Part shown: piece after piece, positions 1-9,331 of the stretch | Layout: each line of letters begins with the position of its first letter | How positions within the stretch are numbered: position 1 is the stretch's first letter | Origin: a virus | Lineage: Duplodnaviria > Caudoviricetes | IMG/VR virus record: IMGVR_UViG_3300036833_000304 | Location: 1-35,855 of that record | Reading direction: 5' to 3' (one strand) | Length of the DNA: 35,855 nt | Program-made: the position numbers and the translations under genes | Notes under the pieces: generated by a model | What the model saw: the letters and a program-made list of their open reading frames with translations, nothing else | Database searches by the model: none | Told to the model about the DNA's origin: nothing

Positions 1-41
1 CCTTTGCGCACGCAACGATGAATCCTCAGCCGGGGGCGCTG

Positions 42-662
42 ATGAAGCAAAAATCGCTCCGCGCAGAAACCGCCATAGCTTGGCCCGCCGATCATATCGA
101 GCGCCGGCTGCTCGCGAAGTTAATACCGTATGCGCGTAACGCTCGCATCCACACCGAGAGACAAATCTCGCAGATCGCTGCTTCAATGAAGGAGTGGGGT
201 TGGACAATGCCGCTCCTTGTCGACGAAGACGACGTCTTGATCGCCGGTCACGGTCGAGTGCTCGCCGCGCCGCTTCTCGGCTGGACCGAGGCGCCGGTCA
301 TGGTAGCGCGCGGCTGGAGCGAGGCGAAAAAGCGAGCTTACCGGATTACCGACAATCGACTAACGGAACTCTCGACCTGGGACGAAGAGCTTCTCGGTCT
401 CGAATTCGCCGATCTCCGCGATTTTGACGCGCTACTCGACCTAACCGGCTTTGAGAGCGCGACGATCGACGATCTTATCGCCGGTCCGCAACCACCGGAG
501 AGCTTCTCGGAATATGACGAGAATATTGAGGTCGAGCACGAATGTCCGAAATGTCACTTCCGCTGGTCGGGTGCCGCGCATACTGAGCGCAAGACGATTG
601 CGAACGGAGACGCCACCATACCGCGTTCCGGCAATGGAGCAAATCGCGGCGATCCCGCTTAA
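42..662 (+). CDS. ParB/Srx N-terminal domain protein with C-terminal CxxC
   Basis: LIPYARNARIH, WGWTMPLLVD, LIAGHGRVLAA, AYRITDNRL motifs; HECPKCHFRW near the end; ATG42 follows GGGGG (ATG18 is the alternative). Confidence 0.88.
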   Translation: MKQKSLRAETAIAWPADHIERRLLAKLIPYARNARIHTERQISQIAASMKEWGWTMPLLVDEDDVLIAGHGRVLAAPLLGWTEAPVMVARGWSEAKKRAYRITDNRLTELSTWDEELLGLEFADLRDFDALLDLTGFESATIDDLIAGPQPPESFSEYDENIEVEHECPKCHFRWSGAAHTERKTIANGDATIPRSGNGANRGDPA

Positions 663-1977
663 CGGTTATCGAGCGATCTCGACGTTTAGCGGCTGCGGCG
701 GGTCCTCGCTCGGCTATCGCATGGCCGGCTTCAAGATCGTTTGGGCGAACGAGTTCATAAAGTCCGCGGCGGCGAGCTACCGCGCCAATTTCCCCGAGAC
801 GACGATAGATCCGCGCGACATTCGCCAGGTCACTCCGGCGGCGATCCTACGCGCAACCGGGCTCAAGAAGGGTGAGCTTGATCTTCTCGACGGCTCGCCG
901 CCTTGCGCCTCGTTCTCGACCGCCGGCAAAGTCGCGAGAGATTGGGGCAAAGTCAAAGCCTACTCCGAAACGAAGCAACGGACCGATGACCTCTTTTTCG
1001 AATATATCCGGATACTTAGGGGCTTGGCACCAAAGGTATTCGTTGCCGAGAACGTCGCCGGTCTCGTCAAGGGTGCGGCCAAAGGCTACTTCCTCGAGAT
1101 ACTCGCCGAACTCAAAGCGGCCGGCTATTGCGTCGCCGCGCGCGTTCTCGATGCGCAATGGCTCGGTGTTCCGCAGTCACGGACTAGGCTGATCTTTGTC
1201 GGCGTCCGCGACGATCTCAATCTGCTACCGGCTTTCCCGAAGCCGCTCGCGTACCGCTATAGCGTCCGCGACGCGCTACCGGAGCCATTCGATTCCAAGG
1301 GCCAGGAATACGATCTCTCGAAACCGGCGCCGACGATATGCGGCGGCGATACGCTCGGCCTGGCGCCGTTCCAGTTCGAGGTCGAGTGGGTCGCGATCGA
1401 GCATCCGAACGGCTTCGACGGCCATGCACCGCAAAGCCTCGACAAGCCGATGCCGGCTATTCAAGCCTCGCGGCCGGTTCGGCTCATGACCAAAGCCGGC
1501 CCGCGCTCCGCGAGCTTACCGGCGCCGACCGTCTTGACGCATGGCCGACGACGACATACGACGAGCGAATTGACGATCGAGGCCGAAGCCGACATGACGC
1601 GCTATGCGGTTGGCAAGGAATGGGCAAAGCTCGCTCCCGGCGAGCAATCGAGCCGCTATTTCAATCTCGTCCGCGCCGCACCCGGCGCGCCGTCGCCGGC
1701 AATTACCGTTGAAGGCAAAAAGGCGCATGCGGCCTCGGTCGCGCATCCTACCGAGTGCCGCAAGTTCTCGATTGCCGAGCTTCGCCGGATCTGCGCGTTT
1801 CCGGATGATTTTATTCTCGTCGGAACCTATGCCCAGCAATGGGAGCGGCTCGGCCGCGCGGTTCCGCCGCTTATGATGCGCGCGATCGCCGAGACGGTCC
1901 GCGACGAGATCCTCGCCAAGATCGCAGCGCCGCCGCCGAAAAGAAGAGGCCGCCCAAAGGCGGCCCCGAGGTTATAA
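598..1977 (+). CDS. DNA (cytosine-5) methyltransferase
   Basis: Motif I FSGCGG, IV GSPPC, VI ENV, VIII PQSRTR, X LGRAVPP in canonical order; start uncertain (TTG598 or ATG634). Confidence 0.93.
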   Translation: MRTETPPYRVPAMEQIAAIPLNGYRAISTFSGCGGSSLGYRMAGFKIVWANEFIKSAAASYRANFPETTIDPRDIRQVTPAAILRATGLKKGELDLLDGSPPCASFSTAGKVARDWGKVKAYSETKQRTDDLFFEYIRILRGLAPKVFVAENVAGLVKGAAKGYFLEILAELKAAGYCVAARVLDAQWLGVPQSRTRLIFVGVRDDLNLLPAFPKPLAYRYSVRDALPEPFDSKGQEYDLSKPAPTICGGDTLGLAPFQFEVEWVAIEHPNGFDGHAPQSLDKPMPAIQASRPVRLMTKAGPRSASLPAPTVLTHGRRRHTTSELTIEAEADMTRYAVGKEWAKLAPGEQSSRYFNLVRAAPGAPSPAITVEGKKAHAASVAHPTECRKFSIAELRRICAFPDDFILVGTYAQQWERLGRAVPPLMMRAIAETVRDEILAKIAAPPPKRRGRPKAAPRL

Positions 1978-2030
1978 CGCTAAGTCCGATTCGGACTATA
2001 GCGATTCCTGCTGCAAAGAAAAGGCCCGGC

Positions 2031-2396
2031 TTATAGCCAGACGATCTCGTTGCCGATCCGGAGCGGCTCGGTCCAGCCTATGAGCCGCCTCAGCTCGTCA
2101 AGCGAAATCTTCGCCGCGATCGTATTGCCGCGACCATCATGGCCGACGACGAGACCGTTGCCGGCAAAGGGCTGGTGCGCGCCGCGGACGGTAAACCAGC
2201 CGGTCTTCGGTTGTTTGAATAGACCCTCTTCGTCGACAAAGACGTCGTCACCGTTTGGTAGCTGCACGGCAAGCTCGATCTTTCTGCCGACCGCGGCTTG
2301 CATCGCTTCAAGCCTCTTGCCCTTCGGTAGCTCGATCTCGCGGAGATCGAGCGCCGCGACATCGATAAGGATCGCGCGCATAGGATAGGTGCTCAC
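2031..2396 (-). CDS. DUF3846-like protein
   Basis: VFVDEEGL motif followed by FAGNGLVVGHD; GTG start overlaps the stop of the upstream imm-like gene. Confidence 0.7.
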   Translation of the reverse strand: MSTYPMRAILIDVAALDLREIELPKGKRLEAMQAAVGRKIELAVQLPNGDDVFVDEEGLFKQPKTGWFTVRGAHQPFAGNGLVVGHDGRGNTIAAKISLDELRRLIGWTEPLRIGNEIVWL

Positions 2397-2614
2397 CGTA
2401 CCGGCCGGGTATAAGCCCAGACCAGCGCGCTGACCCAGCCGAGCATGGTCCAGCCGGCTACTAGATTGAGAATAAAGATCGCTTCCTTGTTGTAGTGATA
2501 TCGACGTCGGGCGACGATCGTCGGCAAGAAGTAAAACCCTAAAAAGCCGACGAGCAAGATTGCCGCGAGAACGATTAGCAAAATTATGAAGGCGATCGAT
2601 GCAAATGTGTCCAT
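2393..2614 (-). CDS. Superinfection immunity membrane protein (T4 Imm-like)
   Basis: YFLPTIVARRR-H-N---IFILNL--GWT-LGWV-ALVWA signature; hydrophobic helices. Confidence 0.9.
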   Translation of the reverse strand: MDTFASIAFIILLIVLAAILLVGFLGFYFLPTIVARRRYHYNKEAIFILNLVAGWTMLGWVSALVWAYTRPVR

Positions 2615-2619
2615 AGGAA

Positions 2620-3252
2620 CTAGGCCTCGACCGGAACGAGCCGATAGCGGGTTCCGCGGCCGTCCGTCATCCGTTGTTTCTCAAGCATAAAGGTTCCGGT
2701 TGCGACCGCGGCCTTGATCGTCCGACCAACCGTCGCGCCAGCACGCTTCCAGCTAAGAGCCTCCGCGACCTCGCGCTCGGTTGCGCCATCGCGCCGCGAG
2801 AGCAATTCGACGATCGTCCCGCGGACTCCGCGGAACGGTGCCTCGCTAGGAGCCGCGCTAGAAGGCCTAGAAGCGCGCTTGTCGCTTTTGGCTACGGTTG
2901 CCGGGCGCTCGCGCTTTTGCCTGCCGGCGCCTGCCGGCGCCTGCTTGCCGGCGATTTTAGCGGTAGCTTTCTTTCCGCGAGGCTTGGGTGGCGGCTCGAT
3001 AGGTTCTTGAAGCTCGGTCTCGCGGTCCTGCATAACACCGCTGCCGATCGTCACCATCGGATCGATTAAAAGCTCGGTCCGCATAAGTTCGAGATCCGCG
3101 GCGACCGGATCGATTGCCGGTGCACCGGCTTGCCACTCGATCTCGATCTCTTTGCCGGTTCCGGTAAGAACATACGTCGCGCCCGGTGCTTTGCCGGTTG
3201 CGATAGCCTTTTCCGCCGCGCGCTTTGCGGCGAACTTGGTAGTGTAGGACAT
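2620..3252 (-). CDS. Hypothetical protein with C-terminal winged-HTH (DUF3489-like)
   Basis: ATG3252 follows AAAGGG; Lys/Ala/Pro linker then IVELLSRRDGATEREVAEALSW...GTRYRL. Confidence 0.65.
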   Translation of the reverse strand: MSYTTKFAAKRAAEKAIATGKAPGATYVLTGTGKEIEIEWQAGAPAIDPVAADLELMRTELLIDPMVTIGSGVMQDRETELQEPIEPPPKPRGKKATAKIAGKQAPAGAGRQKRERPATVAKSDKRASRPSSAAPSEAPFRGVRGTIVELLSRRDGATEREVAEALSWKRAGATVGRTIKAAVATGTFMLEKQRMTDGRGTRYRLVPVEA

Positions 3253-3319
3253 AGCGTTACCCTTTGGGTTGTTGTTGACCGCACTAGGAGCGGCCGTGAG
3301 CAAATTTGATCTGCGAGCA

Positions 3320-4015
3320 GTGGAATTGCCAGGGGCAATTTCCCGGATTGGCTGTGACATTCCAGCGGTCTGGACTTTCAACGATCGCGGCGTCGCCGCC
3401 GGCTTTGACCGGCACGTCCGCGAGCAGCTTCCTTGGTACGATCTCGCGACCGGCGCCGTCGCGCATATTGCGCGGCACTATCTCTCGGATGGCGGGCTTG
3501 TCTACGATCTCGGAGCGGCAACCGGAAATATCGGCCGCGCGCTCGCCGAGCCGCTCGAAGTCCGCGGCGCTCGCCTTGTCTCGATCGAAGCAAGCGCGGA
3601 AATGGCCGCGCTCTATGACGGTCCGCAACCGGAGAATATTCAGCTCGCGCGGATCGAAGACTTTGACTTTGAGCCGTTCGACGTCGCAATCGCATTCCTG
3701 ACGCTGATGTTTGTTCCCCCGGCGCGGCGCGAGCGTCTTCTGGTCGCGCTCGAGGAGCGGCTCTTGCCGTCTGGCGCGCTGATTATCTTTGACAAGCTCG
3801 CCGCATCCGCCGGTTATCCCGCGACTATTCTTTGGCGGCTAACGCTCGCCGGCAAGGTCGCAACCGGAGTGGATCCCGCGGAGATCGTCGCCAAAGAATT
3901 GTCACTCTCCGGGGTTCAGCGACCGCTCGATCCGCGGCTCTTCGATTGCCTACCGCGACCGCCGCTCGAATTCTTCCGCTTTGGCGAATTCGCCGGCTGG
4001 CTCTACGAGAAATGA
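3320..4015 (+). CDS. Class I SAM-dependent methyltransferase-fold protein, CmoA-like
   Basis: WTF---VA--FD-HVREQLPWY and VYDLGAATGN SAM motif, LTLMF, GALIIFDK; no in-frame ATG near the expected start, GTG3320 chosen tentatively. Confidence 0.8.
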   Translation: MELPGAISRIGCDIPAVWTFNDRGVAAGFDRHVREQLPWYDLATGAVAHIARHYLSDGGLVYDLGAATGNIGRALAEPLEVRGARLVSIEASAEMAALYDGPQPENIQLARIEDFDFEPFDVAIAFLTLMFVPPARRERLLVALEERLLPSGALIIFDKLAASAGYPATILWRLTLAGKVATGVDPAEIVAKELSLSGVQRPLDPRLFDCLPRPPLEFFRFGEFAGWLYEK

Positions 4016-4025
4016 GAGCCCCCTA

Positions 4026-4523
4026 ATGCGTACCAAGCGACCAAAGCCGACCTATCTCAAGCTGGTAAAACCGGCGACTGGCAAAAAGAAAGTATCGCCC
4101 AATCCGGCCGATTGGAACGAGCCGATCCCGCTGCGCGGCGACTTGCCGATGCCGCCGCCCGAGCTTTCCGACGACGCGAAGGTCGAGTGGGGTCGGGTAT
4201 CGAGCGAGCTCTACCGGCTGGGGTTGCTGACGATCATCGACCGCGCCGTGCTCGCCGCCTATTGCCAGGCCTATGGGCGCTGGATGCAGGCCGAGCGGGC
4301 GATTACCGAGATGGCCAAGCGTGACTTGCTGACCGGTGCGTTGATGATCAAGACGGCGGCGGGCAACGCGATCCACAACCCACTCGTCAGCATTGCCAAC
4401 AAAGCAATGGCGGACATGGCGCGTTATGCCGTCGAGTTCGGCATGACGCCGTCGGCACGCAGCACTCTGAAGGCTGATCCGAAATCGAAGGATGGCGACC
4501 CGGCGGCGCGGTTCCTCGGCTGA
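4026..4523 (+). CDS. terS: Terminase small subunit, P27 family
   Basis: RPKPTYLKLV start, PPPELS--AK-EW, D---LAAYCQAY, HNPLV, EFGMTPSARS; directly upstream of TerL. Confidence 0.92.
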   Translation: MRTKRPKPTYLKLVKPATGKKKVSPNPADWNEPIPLRGDLPMPPPELSDDAKVEWGRVSSELYRLGLLTIIDRAVLAAYCQAYGRWMQAERAITEMAKRDLLTGALMIKTAAGNAIHNPLVSIANKAMADMARYAVEFGMTPSARSTLKADPKSKDGDPAARFLG

Positions 4524-6294
4524 CGATGCCGTCGGCCGCTATGCGCGCGCCGTGCTGGCGGGCGCCGTCGTCGCCGGACCGCATGTGCGCAACGCCTGCC
4601 GGCGCCACCTCACCGACCTCGACCGCGGTCATCTGCGCGGGCTGACCTGGGACCGCGTCGCCGCCGAATACGCGATCGACTTCTTTCCGACAATCCTGCG
4701 GCTGGCGGGCGGCAAGTTCGAAGGGCAGCCGTTTGTCCTCGAGCCTTCGCAGAAGTTCATCATCGGCTCGATCTTCGGCTGGAAGCGCGGTAACGGCACC
4801 CGGCGCTTTCGCCGGGTCTACATCGAGGAAGGAAAGGGCAACGGAAAGTCACCGATTTCTGCCGGCATCGGTCTTTTCTGCTTGCTCTGCGACGGCGAAC
4901 CGCGTGCTGAAGTTTACGCTGCGGCATCGCAGAAATCGCAGGCTATGGTGCTATTCCGCGCCGCCGTCGCGATGTGGCAGCAATCGGACGGGCTAAAGCG
5001 GCGTCTGACGCCCTCGGGTGCTAACCCGATCTGGAACCTGGCCGATCTCTCGACCGGCTCGTTCTTTCGGCCGATCAGCTCGGAGGAGGGTTATTCTGGC
5101 CCGCTGCCGAGTTGCGGCATCTGCGACGAAGTGCACGAGATGCGCGACGGCACGATGATCGAGATGCTCGAGCGCGGCTTCAAGTCGCGCCGCCAGCCGC
5201 TCCTGATCATGATCACCAACAGCGGCACCGACCGGCAGTCGGCATGCTGGCAGGAGCATCAATACGCGGTCGAGGCGGCCGCCGGGACGCGGACGCCGGG
5301 CAGCGACTTCGCCTTTGTCGGCGAACCGATACACGACGAGACCTTCTCTTACGTTTGTGCTTTGGATTCCGGCGACGATCCCCTCGAGGACGCCTCGTGC
5401 TGGGTCAAAGCCAACCCGCTGCTCGCGATCACGATGCCGGTCGACGAGCTCGAGCGGGCGGTGGCGCAGGCCAAGGCGATCCCCGGCAAGCTCAACGGCG
5501 TCCTGCGGCTACACTTCTGCGTCTGGACCGACGTCGAGCAGGCGTGGATGGCGCGCGCCGCGCTCGAGGCGGTACTCGAGGATTTCGATCCGATCGAATA
5601 TGAGGGGGCGGACGCGGTGCTCGGCCTCGACCTCTCCTCGGCGCAGGATCTGACCGCGCTGGCCGCGGTGGTGCGCACCGGGTCGGTCGAGGTTCCACGT
5701 GAAAACGGCGAACTCGTCCGGCTGCCGACTTTCGCCGCCTGGGTCGAGGCCTGGACGCCGGCCGACACGATCGCCGGGCGCGCGCTGCGCGATCAGGCGC
5801 CCTACGATTTATGGGCGCAGCAGGGCTGGCTCCATGCGGTGCCGGGCCGAAACATCCGGCTCGATTTCGTCGCCGCGCGCACCGTGGAACTCGCCTCGGA
5901 GGTCGTCGTCGAGAAGCTCGTCTATGACCGCTATGCGTTCGCCCGCTTCGCCGACGAGCTCGACCAGCTGGGGCTGACCGTCGAGCAGCTCGAGCACCCG
6001 CAAGGCGGGGTCCGCCGCGCCAAAGAATCGGGGCTGTGGATGCCGGGCTCGGTCGCCGCTCTGGAGTCGCTGATCCTCGAGCGCCGCATCCGGCTGCAGC
6101 GCAGCCCGGTGCTGATCTCGGCGATGATGTCGGCGGCGGTCGAGCGCGACCCGTTCGATAACCGGTGGTTCTCGAAGCGCCGCGCGGTCAACCGGATCGA
6201 CGCGCTGATCGCGCTGACGATGGCGATCGGAGCCGCTACGGCCGGTGGCGACCACACCAGCGTCTACGAGGAACGCGGGCTGCTAGTGTTATGA
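4492..6294 (+). CDS. terL: Terminase large subunit
   Basis: Walker A GKGNGKS, Walker B GICDEVHE, coupling motif ITNSG, nuclease motifs GLDLS and RIDALIAL. Confidence 0.96.
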   Translation: MATRRRGSSADDAVGRYARAVLAGAVVAGPHVRNACRRHLTDLDRGHLRGLTWDRVAAEYAIDFFPTILRLAGGKFEGQPFVLEPSQKFIIGSIFGWKRGNGTRRFRRVYIEEGKGNGKSPISAGIGLFCLLCDGEPRAEVYAAASQKSQAMVLFRAAVAMWQQSDGLKRRLTPSGANPIWNLADLSTGSFFRPISSEEGYSGPLPSCGICDEVHEMRDGTMIEMLERGFKSRRQPLLIMITNSGTDRQSACWQEHQYAVEAAAGTRTPGSDFAFVGEPIHDETFSYVCALDSGDDPLEDASCWVKANPLLAITMPVDELERAVAQAKAIPGKLNGVLRLHFCVWTDVEQAWMARAALEAVLEDFDPIEYEGADAVLGLDLSSAQDLTALAAVVRTGSVEVPRENGELVRLPTFAAWVEAWTPADTIAGRALRDQAPYDLWAQQGWLHAVPGRNIRLDFVAARTVELASEVVVEKLVYDRYAFARFADELDQLGLTVEQLEHPQGGVRRAKESGLWMPGSVAALESLILERRIRLQRSPVLISAMMSAAVERDPFDNRWFSKRRAVNRIDALIALTMAIGAATAGGDHTSVYEERGLLVL

Positions 6295-6473
6295 CGAAAT
6301 TTCTCGGCGCGCTGCTCAATGCTCTGCCGATGCTGCTGTGCGACCTGGTCGGCATCGTTGGGGCGGCGGCGGTCGCCTATGGCGCCTGGCAGATCTATGG
6401 CCCGGCCGGCTGGATCGCCGGCGGGACGCTGGCGGTCGGTGGCGCGTGGTTGATCGCTAGAGCTGCGGGGTAG
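6291..6473 (+). CDS. Small two-helix membrane protein between TerL and portal
   Basis: ATGA overlap with the terL stop; GAWQIYGPAGWIAGG between two hydrophobic segments; usual position in HK97-like prophages. Confidence 0.75.
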   Translation: MTKFLGALLNALPMLLCDLVGIVGAAAVAYGAWQIYGPAGWIAGGTLAVGGAWLIARAAG

Positions 6474-6476
6474 TGC

Positions 6477-7829
6477 ATGCGCGGCATCTTCCAGAGCATG
6501 GCGGCGCCGCGCACCCGCACCTCGGCCGGGGTCGGGGTGCCGAGCTACGGCATGATCCCGCCGTTGGGCTCGGTGCAGTCAGCCTCGGGGCTGCTGGTCA
6601 GCCAGGCGACGGCGATGGGGGTGTCGACCGTCTTTGCCTGCGTGCGGCGGCGCGCAATCGACGTCGCGCGCTGCCCGCCCTCGCTCTACACGATCAACCC
6701 GGACGGCAGCGAAGAGGGGGTCGACGACCACCCGGTTGCCGATCTGTTCAGGCGACCCAATCGGGTCCAGAACTGGCTCGAATTCGCCGAGCAGATGAAC
6801 GTCGCCTATCTGCTGCGCGGCAACGCCTACGCGGTGATCCTGCGCGACGGCCGGGGTAGGCCAAGGGAACTAATCCCGGTCAATCCCGACGCGGTAATGA
6901 TGCTCGAGGCGTGGGACGGTAGCCTGTTCTACAACATCAACCGCATCGGACTGTGGCAGATCGCAATGTTGCGCGATCAGCCGGTAGCGGTACCGGAAGA
7001 GGACATTCTCCATCTACGCGGCTTGACGTTCAACGCGCTGATGGCGGTGTCGACGATCGGGCTCGCGCGCGACACGATAGGCCTGGCGATGGGTCAGGAA
7101 CAGCAGGCCTCGCGCTGGATGGGCAACGGCGCGCGGCCGTCGGGAGTGTTGCAGACCGACGGCAAGCTGAACGAGGCGGCCGCCAAGCGCCTCAAGGCCT
7201 CGTGGGACGAGTTCACCGCCGGGATCCAAAACGTCGGCCGCACCGCGGTGCTCGAGGAAGGCGTCAAGTGGCAGCCGTTGGTGCTGACCTCGGTCGATCT
7301 TGAATTTATGAATGCGCGGGCGTTCAGCGTGCTGGAGATCTGCCGGGTCTTTGGCGTGCCGCCACACAAGGTGGCGGTCGTCGACCGCGCCGCCAGCATG
7401 AACATCCCGCAGCAGGATCAGGATTACGTCAACTCGACGGTCAGCCAGGATCTGGAGCGCTGGGAAGCCAAGATCCAGCGCACCTTTGATCTCGATCTGG
7501 AGGACATCCATGTCAAATTTGACGAGTCGCAACTCCTGCGCGCCGACATTCTGACGCGGATGAACGCCGCGCGACTGGGCGTCCTGACCGGAATCATCAC
7601 GCCAAACGAGGCGCGCCGCGCCGAGCACCTGCCGCCCAAAGAGGGCGCCGACAACCTACTGGTACCGGCCAATACCGCAGCGCTCGGCTCGGACATGACC
7701 GGCACCGCGCCCGACGCCGCCGGGCGCCCCTCAGCCGGCGTGCTGCCATTCCCCAAGGTGCCGACCTCGGGCGACCAGCCGGCTGTAGGCGAGAAGCCCG
7801 ACCCTGACGATATCGCACCCGCCGCGTGA
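6477..7829 (+). CDS. HK97-family portal protein
   Basis: LLRGNAY, EDILHLR, NGARPSGVL, VLEEG, EICRVFGVPPH, TPNEARRAEHLPP motifs. Confidence 0.96.
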   Translation: MRGIFQSMAAPRTRTSAGVGVPSYGMIPPLGSVQSASGLLVSQATAMGVSTVFACVRRRAIDVARCPPSLYTINPDGSEEGVDDHPVADLFRRPNRVQNWLEFAEQMNVAYLLRGNAYAVILRDGRGRPRELIPVNPDAVMMLEAWDGSLFYNINRIGLWQIAMLRDQPVAVPEEDILHLRGLTFNALMAVSTIGLARDTIGLAMGQEQQASRWMGNGARPSGVLQTDGKLNEAAAKRLKASWDEFTAGIQNVGRTAVLEEGVKWQPLVLTSVDLEFMNARAFSVLEICRVFGVPPHKVAVVDRAASMNIPQQDQDYVNSTVSQDLERWEAKIQRTFDLDLEDIHVKFDESQLLRADILTRMNAARLGVLTGIITPNEARRAEHLPPKEGADNLLVPANTAALGSDMTGTAPDAAGRPSAGVLPFPKVPTSGDQPAVGEKPDPDDIAPAA

Positions 7830-7838
7830 GACCGCCCG

Positions 7839-9326
7839 ATGACGACGATCCGCCGTACCCTTGCCGCTACCGCTGACGAGCTCGGGCCGCGCCAGGTCCG
7901 GGTGCGCGCCTCGACCGAGGATCTCGGCCGCGACGGACTCGTCGTGATGTCGGAAGGCATCGACATCGGCCCGTTCCGCAAGAACCCGGTGGTGCTGTGG
8001 CAGCATCAGCCGGAGGCGCCGGTGGCGCGCGTCACCCGCATCGCCATCGCCGAAGGCGCGCTCGACGCCGAGATCGAGTTTGCGCCGGAAGGGGTCAGCC
8101 GCGTCGCTGACGAGATCTGCGGCCTAGTCAAATCGGGCATCGTCTCAGGGCTGTCGATCGGCTTTGAGCCGACCGAAACCGAGCCGGTCCAGCCCGGCAA
8201 GCGCAAGGGGCCGCAGCGCGTGATGCGCTCCGAGCTGCTGGAGCTCAGCTTTGTGTCAATCCCAGCTAACCGGGAGACCGTCGTGACCCAGCGCGCAGAC
8301 GATTCCGACCCGAAGAAGCCCTATGGCGATGTCGAGTATGCCGACCCCGGCTATCAGGAGGACGGCAAAAAGCGCTACCCGATCGACACCGAGGACCACA
8401 TTCGCGCGGCCTGGAACTACATTCATCAGAAGAAAAACCAAGGGCAATACACCAGCGACCAAGTAGACAAGATCAAGGCGAAGATTATTGCTGCGTGGAA
8501 GGACAAAATCGACAAGGACGGCCCGCCTTCGGCCCAAGAAGAGGCGGCCGACGAAGACGATACGCAGCAGCGCCAGGAGGAGGAGCAGGCAGAGCCGGCC
8601 GAGAAGGAGCGTGCCGGTGTCCCCCGTCGCCTACGCCAGCTGCGTCGGCGCCAGGCGCGCAAGCGGGTACGACGCAAGCTGCGCGGCATGATGGAGGTCG
8701 GACAGCTCGCCTGGCTGGTCGAGAGTCTTTATCAAGCAAAAGTGTCAGCCGAGATTGAGACGGCGCTGGAGGGTGACGCCAGCAAGCTGCCGGGGATGCT
8801 AGCAGACGTACTGCGCGATCTCGGCGAAACGCTGGTGGCGATGGCCGAGGAGGAAACCGGCGAGCTGGTCGCCGGCACCGAGATCGGCCCTGAAGAGGCG
8901 CTCGACGAGGCCGGTCTTGACGACGATGACGCGGTGATCGCGATGGCTGCCGCGACCCCGGCAGTACGGCTGTTTCGGATCGGCTATCTGCGAACCCGCG
9001 CGGCGATGCAGAAACGCGCCGGCAAGGTGCTGTCGGCTGATACCGAGCGTTGCCTGCGCCAGATGATGGAAAACATGGATGCGGCGATGACGATGCACCG
9101 TCGCGCGGTGCGCGCGGCGACGCAGGAAACCCGCGACATGATCGATCGCTACACCAAGCCAGACGACGCGGAAGACCAGCCCGGCGAGGAGACTGCGGGC
9201 GAGGAAAACGGCGGGAATGGCGACGATGGCGAGACAAAGCCGCAACGCGCGCTCGCCGACGAAGCCTCGCGCAGCGTCGATTTCCGCCGCCGCCAGGCCG
9301 AATTGCTGCGGCTGCGCGCCGCATAA
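7839..9326 (+). CDS. HK97-type prohead protease with inserted DUF6582-like domain and C-terminal scaffold-like extension
   Basis: NPVVLWQH, GLSIGF, ELLELSFVSIPAN; then YADPGY--DGKKRYPIDT--H-RAAWNY domain; acidic/helical tail with RAGKVLSA. Confidence 0.9.
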   Translation: MTTIRRTLAATADELGPRQVRVRASTEDLGRDGLVVMSEGIDIGPFRKNPVVLWQHQPEAPVARVTRIAIAEGALDAEIEFAPEGVSRVADEICGLVKSGIVSGLSIGFEPTETEPVQPGKRKGPQRVMRSELLELSFVSIPANRETVVTQRADDSDPKKPYGDVEYADPGYQEDGKKRYPIDTEDHIRAAWNYIHQKKNQGQYTSDQVDKIKAKIIAAWKDKIDKDGPPSAQEEAADEDDTQQRQEEEQAEPAEKERAGVPRRLRQLRRRQARKRVRRKLRGMMEVGQLAWLVESLYQAKVSAEIETALEGDASKLPGMLADVLRDLGETLVAMAEEETGELVAGTEIGPEEALDEAGLDDDDAVIAMAAATPAVRLFRIGYLRTRAAMQKRAGKVLSADTERCLRQMMENMDAAMTMHRRAVRAATQETRDMIDRYTKPDDAEDQPGEETAGEENGGNGDDGETKPQRALADEASRSVDFRRRQAELLRLRAA

Positions 9327-9331
9327 ATCCG

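Noticed and set aside
1-41. Possible cos site at the window start
   Set aside because: The location would fit a P27/HK97-type packaging system, but too little upstream sequence is visible to support a call.
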